Shown one piece after another: positions 55,846-64,000 of a stretch of DNA of 64,000 bases; positions within the stretch are counted from its first letter, which is position 1; each line of letters begins with the position of its first letter. The stretch spans positions 4,712,001 to 4,776,000 of the forward strand of contig OZ024757.1 in assembly GCA_964016885.1 (NCBI GenBank), written 5' to 3'. A program made the translations under genes and the position numbers. The notes under the pieces are model-generated. The model made no database searches. It was given only the letters and a program-made list of their open reading frames with translations, and was not told where the DNA came from. The DNA comes from Eledone cirrhosa. Its lineage: Eukaryota.

Positions 55846-58708
55846 ACACGAATCAAAGTTCTGTTTAAATCATTTATTTGCTTACAATTGTTTCTTCCAA
55901 ACCGAGGTTTGGAGTCTTCGGAGCAATTATTCAGTGATTTTTAACATACTTGACCTCCTTTTCAACACAAGAGACATATAGAAACATATGTATATATTGA
56001 CCCACAGTGGGTTGACATCCATTATAATAATATAGCATGGTAATTTACATACAAAGATTACAGTCATATTAAAGGACAAAATTAAAGTTAAAATTAAAAT
56101 TAAAATAAAAATAAAGCATTGGCAGATAAAACAAGAGGAAAGTTTGGAGTAGCCAGTGTATGCAACAGTCACACGTGTGGCATGCACGCGTGTCCTATTT
56201 ATACAAGATTATAGTGTGGCAGATTGTTACATGTAAAACAAGCAGTCAAAGCAGGCAATTAAGAGCATCATGGGGGCTGTACTGGTAAAGCATTATTCAC
56301 ACACACCTGTACGATATAGAAGCCTGTGTGTAGAGAAACACCAAAAATATCAAAAATATTACAAATGAGAAGCAAAACAGCACCACTGTCCTCGTACACA
56401 CCACCACTCCCACAATCCAGGAAACGCAATTTATAGACTACATGTCCATCACACAATCCACGATGATTCAACATTGGGTGCCTGGTGAACCATGCTAGAA
56501 CATAACAGCTTGTCGTTCTTTAATTCGATTCTATAGAGCAGGTTGTATTTGTTGTGAGAGTTGACATCATATTATATTCCGGAAGTGTGTGTGTGATTAT
56601 GGGGAGTTAATGCGTAAGGAGAGGTAACTAGCTGATTTCTATAGCTAAATTTATTATCCTAAAGTACATTAATGGTGTCTCAAATGAGTTCCTATCATAT
56701 AAGGTTATAAACAATTTCTAAATTTAAGTATCTTATCTATAAATTACAGTGTAGTCTATCAAGAAGTACTAAAGGTGTTCATATTAGGATGATTACCTTC
56801 TATCATAGAGTGCCACCACCGAATATTCCACATGAAGAGTCAGATCTCAAAATCAATGATCTTTGTAAGTGTAGTCCACCCGCAGAACCTGGCAGGGTCT
56901 TATTAGAATCACTTCTATATATGACTCCTGGTAAGCTCTGGGCCATTGCATGTCTGATTGCATGGCAAAGTTAAATATCACTTACAAAGACACTAATCTG
57001 ACCATCAAGTCATACATGTATTTATAACTCATACATCACCTGTACACAATTCATTGCACTCAGCATATAGATTATATAGCTCTTTTATGTTAATAAATTA
57101 ATTACTTAATCGTCCATTTATCCAATGATGGCACTACATACACAGGACAATGTTAGCACAACCAATTCCCGTGCTTAAAGTTTACATTAATTATATATTG
57201 GTGTAATGTAGTCTAAGTAATTGAAGGCCAATATACCAAAAGTAGAAGTACATGGGGATATCTCTAGGTTAAAAGGTACTAGGAGGATGTTACTATTTGC
57301 GTTAAAGTGGATTAATGGGTGTAGAGATGAGGTGTAAGGTGTGCCCCTGATGATTGTTGCTAGAGGTGGTAACGGGTTCAAGTCTGACATTGTTATATAT
57401 TGGGTTTAAAGTTTTGGAAGGAGTGTCGGAAGCGGTGCTGGCAAGTTGCAAACACCTCAGATTTTTTATTAAGGAGGTTATGGTTTGAGAAAATGATAGT
57501 ATGGGTCTCTAGTAGACAGAGGTTACAAAATTTATTAGGTGGTTTGTACGATGTTGCGTTACCTATCACTTCCCATTTAAGTGTATATGGTTTATTTTTA
57601 GTTTTTAGATAGTGTATGTAGCTAGATAGTGAAGTGGAGTTGGCTAGACTGCGTTTTTTGAAAGAGTGGAGGTGCGAATTGTATCTGGTTTTGAAGCAGC
57701 TTGAAGTAGAGCCTATATAGGTTTCAGAAGAGTTGCTAGTTGTGACTGTGCATGAGTATATGATATCCTTGGTTAAGCCTTTTTTATCTAAAGGGCAGGT
57801 TCTATTTGATCTACAGTTACAATTATTCTGGGTGTTAGTTTGCCGGTTATTATGTTGTGTAGAAGTCTGGATGGTAGCTATAGGGTTATGGTTATGTGGG
57901 TTGTCGTTCCCAGCGTTATTGTTTACACTAGTGCTATTACTATTATTTCTATTGATATTAGGGTTAGTTGCTATAATGTTATTTTGAAGGTTTATCGTCT
58001 GTTGTGATTTAGTTTGGTGGAAGTAAGAATTAATTTTTCTTTTATTGCTACTAGCTATGTGGTATGCTATGTTAGGCGTAGTAGGGTAGGAGATTTTAAT
58101 AGTGTTTTTGTTTAAAAGGCTATGGTACTTGTGGCCGGATGGGAAGTTTTTATCTAGTAGTGAGAAGAAAGCCCTAGGTAGGTTGGTAGAAACGTTTAGA
58201 TTGAAAGGAGGGTTGAAAAATGTATTATTTCTCCTTCTATTTTTGTTTTTTATGTCTGGTGAGTTGTTTCCTTTTATGGAACTATGGTAATTTCTGTGGT
58301 GTGGGTTACTTTTGTTGGCATCCTCCGTATGTGTGTGGTTGCTATTCCTATTACTAAATTTCCTCATGGACATGTTGTGCGAAATAATGTTGTAGCTATG
58401 TGTTTTTGTAGGTAGGAACTCGATCTCTATATTATGGCCTGATCTAGCTAATGCCTGATTATAATATTGCGAGTTTTTGCTAAATATGTTTACGTCATAG
58501 GATAGATTAAAGATTCTATTAGATACTCCCTTAGAGATAGAGTTTAATATAGATCTAGGGTGGTAGACTTGGTATCTACGTAAATGAGTTTTTCATTAGG
58601 TTTGTGGAAAGGTGCATATATCTTTGAGTCTAGGTAGAGGGTGGCGTCCAGGAAGTTAACGTTTTTAGTGTTTTTGTCCATGGTAATACTAAGGTTATAG
58701 TTTTTTTA
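55846..58708 (-). mobile_element. Penelope-like element (Naiad-type), relative of 11871-14771, 5'-truncated
   Basis: NVNFLDATL, FNPPF, CNCRSNRTC, IIYSC..YIGST, CNLCLLE and CQHR; ~1.5 kb 3' region. Confidence 0.9.
55878..55926 (-). ncRNA. Hammerhead motif, CCGAAGA core variant
   Basis: ttgct-CCGAAGA-c-tccaaacc(tc)ggtttgga-a-GAAA-caattg-TA-agcaa. Confidence 0.7.
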
Positions 58709-58948
58709 ATACTATATATAACTATATATATATAACTATATATATAACTACATAACTATATATATATATATATTAGAAAAGGGAAGTAAGGTTCTATACA
58801 AAACAGTGGATATAGAGAAAAGGTGAAGTGTGTTTATCCCGGGTCGAATCGGGGGTAACCACAGTAAGCAAGGTACTCAATACATAGCAGATTATAAATA
58901 TTTAATATAGAAATGGCTTCTACAGGACTAGAACTGTTTCATCAGGAA

Positions 58949-59005
<57 letters not shown>

Positions 59006-59029
59006 AGCCTTTAACTCAAATAAGCTTAC

Positions 59030-59318
59030 CTCTCATCATAACATCGATGGGATTGACACTAGCAGCGTGGACATCGACCAACACATCTCCAGGGTCCAGT
59101 ACAGACGGTACACGCGTTGTTTTTGACATGGTCATCTCACCAGATCCGTAAGAGAATATATTCCATGCGAACATTCGGTGGCTACAGCTGGTCTGTTGAC
59201 TGTGAGAAAAGCTACGGTGGAGAAATTGCGGGAGGAAGGTGACCCTACTGTCAACATTGTTCTTCGGGTGATGGGTTAATTGTATGAAAGAGGAGATCCT
59301 AGAAAATCTGGCCGTCAT
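59030..59318 (-). CDS. RTN4IP1: First coding exon of reticulon-4-interacting protein 1 (mitochondrial MDR/quinone oxidoreductase-like)
   Basis: R/S-rich presequence-like N-terminus, then MFAWNIFSYG...DVLVDVHAASVNPIDVMMR (human: VIVKVHAASVNPIDVNMR). Ends at donor G|GTAAG (59029). Confidence 0.9.
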
Positions 59319-59838
59319 AGTGGTGTGTTTAGTCTGATGTGGGAACAGCTAAAACAAGGGGTACATCCTAAGAGAGGACGAAAACATCATCCGATGTGCA
59401 AGTCTTTGCATGTTTTACAACATTGGAGCCAGGGTAACGTGCTTCCGATGTCTCGTTTATATTCTTCCGGTGTCGACACAATTAATCTACGCTTAAATTT
59501 CTTACCATCACTTTTTTTCTTTTACTCTCTCTCTCTCTCTCTCTCCTTTTACCTTTTTTCTTTCTTTCTCTTTCTCTCTTTTCTTTTACCTTATTTCTTT
59601 CTTTCTCTCTCCTTTTACCTTATTTCTTTCCTTCTAACTTTATCTATTTCCCTTTCTCTCTCTCCTACTATTTCTCTCTCTTCACGAACTAACTACCAAT
59701 ATATGTCTACCCCCACCCCCACACTCTCCTGCATATGATTCTCTGTTCCACTCATGAACCCGGAACAACCGGACTAAAACGTCATTAGAACTAGTACTGC
59801 CCTGACACCGGTGTCATCTAACATCTTCAAGGTCAAGA
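59319..59838. promoter_or_regulatory. Bidirectional promoter and 5' UTRs
   Basis: 520 bp between divergent ATGs; ETS-type CCGGAA at 59465-59470 (minus) and 59760-59765 (plus); pyrimidine tract at about 59510-59682. Confidence 0.65.
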
Positions 59839-59862
59839 ATGTTATCTCTCTCATTGAAGGAG
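59839..59862 (+). CDS. QRSL1: Putative first coding micro-exon of mitochondrial Glu-tRNA(Gln) amidotransferase subunit A
   Basis: ATG TTA TCT CTC TCA TTG AAG GAG|GTTTGT = MLSLSLKE plus donor. Human QRSL1 starts MLGRSLRE and is head-to-head with RTN4IP1. Confidence 0.7.
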
Positions 59863-61763
59863 GTTTGTACAAATCTTCGTTCCTTCCTTATTTTATATTC
59901 TCTGCGACTAATATCTCCCAAATATATATATATATTATATTATTTATTTATTTATGTTCATACACATGTATATATATATATATATAACCATTAGTTAGCT
60001 ATAATATATATACTACAGAGAGTCGGGACTCCGACGACTGAGCTCTTGCCGTGTCAACAGCAAGTTCCAACTAATATATATATATATATATATAGTAGTG
60101 AAAAACCGGGAGGTTATATGTAAAGTTGGTAGAGCACTCAGTCGAAAGGACGTGTTCGGTATAGAGTTAATTTCACAAGTACCAAACTTTTTTCGATAGA
60201 TAATACTAAATTTTATTCATAGGTGTATAAATAACATTACAAATTGTTCACAACTGTTTCAGAATGAAAATATAAACACATATGATAAAATAATTACTGC
60301 TAGGAACCTCACAAATATAATGTACCCGAATATACGATCAGAGCGAGAGAAAGTAAAACAAGTGAGGGGGGGGGGGGACAAAAACAAAGGCAAGCCTACA
60401 CACTGGCAACATTACCACGGGTGATGGCGAGGCTAAGGTGCTGAAACAACCAAGTACCCTTACAAGTATCACCTGACATCTCAGTAAGGCGAGCTGCTAA
60501 CGATGACAATAACTTCGCTGTCGGCGGCACAACACAGCTCCACCAAACGTCTCGGACGTCACAGGCTGGGAAAAATAATTGTTTTATAGTTCCCGGTATT
60601 TTATATATATTGTATATATATAATTGGATATATGAGGAGGATGAACACAGACATCAGTTTACATGTGTTCCAATTGCAAATGACCAAGTTAGCTAAGTTG
60701 AAAAATACTAATTTAAAATATCCCCCTCATATATCCAATTATATTACACGGCTCGGAAAGATTCCCTTTGAGCTACTTAATTGTAAAAGACTATTTTGGG
60801 TTTATAACTCAATCTATGATATATATACTAGCAAAAGAGCCTGTCGTTGCCAAGCATTTCTTTCGCCACTGTAAATATATGGCCGTCTTTAAATAGCCCC
60901 AGAACTATACAAATCGGATGGAATCTGGAAATACATAGACTGCATACAGACAGACCGACATTCATTTTCGTTTATATATATATAAGTTGACAGAACTAGC
61001 ATGGTACCAGTTGCATCTCAGCGTACTCAATAAGTAATATTAAGTAAACTCCCAGAGTATACACATAGTTATTCGCTTGAATACAAATCACGTAAATGAG
61101 TACCTTCAATCTATACCCCTACTCGAGTGTCAGCCACACTTAATACAGCAATCCACTGTCTGCATTTATTATGCAAAAATGCACAATCGGCGCATGTGGC
61201 TTCATCAGCGGGTTTCACCTAATCAATAACCAATCGATCGACAGAATTTGATTCCAGTTCGTGTCAGCTATGGCTGAATGTGACAGCCAATGCAGTAAAA
61301 CATCAGCAACTGAAATCCCTATCATCACAATGCTATCAACTGATTGGCTACTGCTTCATAAATTTATGTGAAGTAGAAGACGAAATTGAAATAGTTCCGC
61401 TCCTGCCATAAGCACTTCGCCAACATATCTCAAACACAATCGCTGTACAATAGAATGGTAGCATTCGACTCCAAGTCCCATGGCGAAAAATAGTGCGACA
61501 GTAACAATGGCAGTGCCTAAAACCTTTCCCGATAATATATGCCAGCTGGTGATTAGACAGATATAGAGTTAGTGCGCTGGTTAGAATTTGAATTCTTGAT
61601 ATTTCGACCAACCATACATAAACTGGTCAATTTCACAACTTGCATGATTCAATAGTTGAGTGAGGAAGGAAGGTATAACATGTATTAGAGCGCATATTAA
61701 ACAAAAAAATAAAAAATGTGGAAAATTGTTCAACTTACTCTCATATATATATACGAGTGTATA

Positions 61764-61793
61764 TTAGTTAGGTGTGTAGCTACAGTAACAGGC

Positions 61794-61830
<37 letters not shown>

Positions 61831-62227
61831 GTTAGTTAGGTGTGTAGCTACAGTAACAGGCGGTGTGTATATATATGTTAGGTGTGTAGCTACAGTAACA
61901 GGTGGTGTGTGTATATATATATATATATATATGTTAGTTAGGTGTGTAGCTACAGTAACAGGTGTGTATATATATACATGTTAGTTAGGTGTGTAGCTAC
62001 AATAACAGGCGGTGTATATATATATAAACATGTTAGTTAGGTGTGTAGCTACAGTAACAGGCGGTATATATATATACACATGTTAGGTGTGTATATATAT
62101 ATGTTAGGTGTGTAGCTACAGTAACAGGCGGTGTGTACATATATATATATGTTAGGTGTGTAGCTACAGTAACAGGCGGTGTGTACATATATATATGTTA
62201 GGTGTGTAGCTACAGTAACAGGCGGTA
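61764..62227. repeat. Minisatellite: ~30-bp core gttaggtgtgtagctacagtaacaggcggt alternating with variable (TA)n, about 9 copies plus 1 partial
   Basis: Direct reading. Confidence 0.93.
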
Positions 62228-63439
62228 TGCTCCACAAAGCACTCAATACTGTTACGAGGTCCATCTCATGTTCTCCACAGTTAAGGCTACTGTAGAGTGT
62301 AAATAGATTAAGTAGAATCCAAGTCAGTGTTGCAGCATATTGATGCTGAAGCAATTATAATGTAATGATTCTACTCTCTCTCTCTCTTCTATATATATAT
62401 TGGGACCCGAGAGTAGATGTCCATTAGTGGAGACTCCGTTATATCTGTAATGTATCTTTTGATTTTTATTATTTCCAGGCCCTTCATCAAATAAAACAGG
62501 GCCAAATCTGTTCTGTGGAACTTTCCAAAAAATGTGTCCAGCGAGCCAAAAGTTTGCGGGAGTTGAATATATTCATCACAGAATGTTATACCAATACCGA
62601 CCACCAGGGAGAGCCACAGACACTTCATGATGGTATTAATAAAACAGGTAAATTTGTTTGATACACATAACCACTGCATGGCAGCTTAACTGACTTGTAA
62701 CTTGGCTACAGGTTCACCAACAGTATGACAGGGAAATTTGGTAAATAGAACCTGTCAACAATACCCTTGTATGTGTGTGTGTATATATATATATGTATAT
62801 AAAGAATTCAAAGTTTGAAAGCCACAAAAATACAGGTTTAGACAGAGAATTATTAAATTGTAAGAAACAGAGCTTGTTTTTTTACCTTAATTTATTCAGA
62901 TGTCCTGATATTTCGAGATAAATATCTCTTCTTCCAAGGAAAATAAAGGAACTACTCCAGTGTCCGATGTGGCTTGCTATACCATTCTGACTGGAAGTGG
63001 TTTATTATTATTTTTTTCTAACCTCTTTTGTTTTAAAAACTAAGGTCTGGACAAGTCAAAGGGCACAGAGTTGTTTCCCTTTAAATCCGCTTAGACGCAT
63101 ATATATTAATACACACTGACACACAAGTACATGCATACATGTGTGTGCGTAAGCACACACGTAAATATGTAAACGCGCATCGGTAGAATTGTGTAAATAT
63201 ATGAATGCATATACACGATTTCTCCCGGATGGATAATGTGGTCGTAAGCAGGCCTATGTGTGCCCTTATGTGTAGTCTAGTAGCCTTCTATTCTTTTACC
63301 TGTTTCAGCCATCCGGCTGAGGCCATGCTGGGGCACCATTGTGTGCTTAGTTCTAGTCTATTACAGTTTTACAGGTGTGTTCTGGCTATGATTAATGCTT
63401 CCTTAATTCTGAGATTACCGAGGTTTCTTTCTTTTGTTT

Positions 63440-64000
63440 CAACCTTGACTGTTATTTTTTTGTGGTGATTTTGCATTTCTCTAAGTGTTTCTTGAAAGAG
63501 GAAGTGTTAGTGTTAATGTGTTCCTTAATCCTGATGTGTTGGTGTCTGGTGGTGCCACCTATATAGAAGTTGTCACATTTATCACACTGAACTCTATACA
63601 TGACATATCCTTGATGGCATATGTCTGTGTTATTGATGGGGCAGTTGGCCAGCGTGCAGCATCTGTTGTGTTCTCTAGGGCGTCTCCTAGATAGTTGTCC
63701 GCGTAGTGAGGGCCCCGAGTGAGCTAGCTGTAAGTCTAATCCTTCTCTTCGGATGACTCTGAGATTGGCTGTTGTGTCATCACTGAAATGTGGGAGCTTC
63801 AGGAAGCAGGGCTTGGTGGAGTTCATGCTTCGAATTTGGCGTTTCCTATTTCTAACGCGGTTCACGGTGGATGTCGGGTAACCGTTTAGCTTAAGTACTT
63901 CCAAGAAGTGTGTGTTGTGTGTGTCTCGGTCTTCTGTGATGCTGCATTTATTCAAGATAAGTGTCAGTTCACTCCTTATGTATCTGGACTTGGCACCAAG
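63440..64000 (-). mobile_element. Penelope-like element, C-terminal RT thumb and GIY-YIG fragment (non-Naiad type)
   Basis: LKLNGYP, LKLPHF, YVMYRVQCDKCDNFYIGGTTR..RIKEH. Confidence 0.85.

Noticed and set aside
61185-61212. ctgatgaagcc on the minus strand as a hammerhead (also 58948-58957, minus)
   Set aside because: No proper stem II followed by GAAA in the required arrangement.
61764-62227. CRISPR-like repeat-spacer look
   Set aside because: The spacers are just (TA)n, the context is eukaryotic and there are no cas genes.
61348-62679. Short ORFs 61348-61611 and 62389-62679 as genes or QRSL1 exon 2
   Set aside because: No recognisable motifs or matching splice-flanked sequence.

Overview
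Eukaryotic, very AT-rich, repeat-saturated DNA. The (TA)n/(TACA)n oceans, SINE types and LINE mix look like a coleoid cephalopod (octopus-like) genome; this is an inference. Only two host exons are visible, head-to-head near the right end: a first coding exon of RTN4IP1 (minus, 59318-59030) and a 24-nt first coding exon matching QRSL1/GatA (plus, 59839-59862). This is the same divergent pair as in human. Everything left of 59030 appears to be one giant intron filled with microsatellite-embedded retroelements. These comprise two RTE families (one with three C-terminal C2H2 fingers, one with a PHD-type finger inside the RT), CR1-like and R4/Dong-like LINEs, and Naiad-type and other Penelope-like elements (PLEs) with inverted pseudo-LTRs. 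Also present are RTE-derived bipartite SINEs, tRNA SINEs and a probable LTR. At least five families of minimal hammerhead ribozyme motifs are readable, plus an atypical-core hammerhead-like motif with covarying stems. Most of them occur as inverted pairs. The many Y/I/H/T/M/C/V-rich ORFs are microsatellite artefacts.
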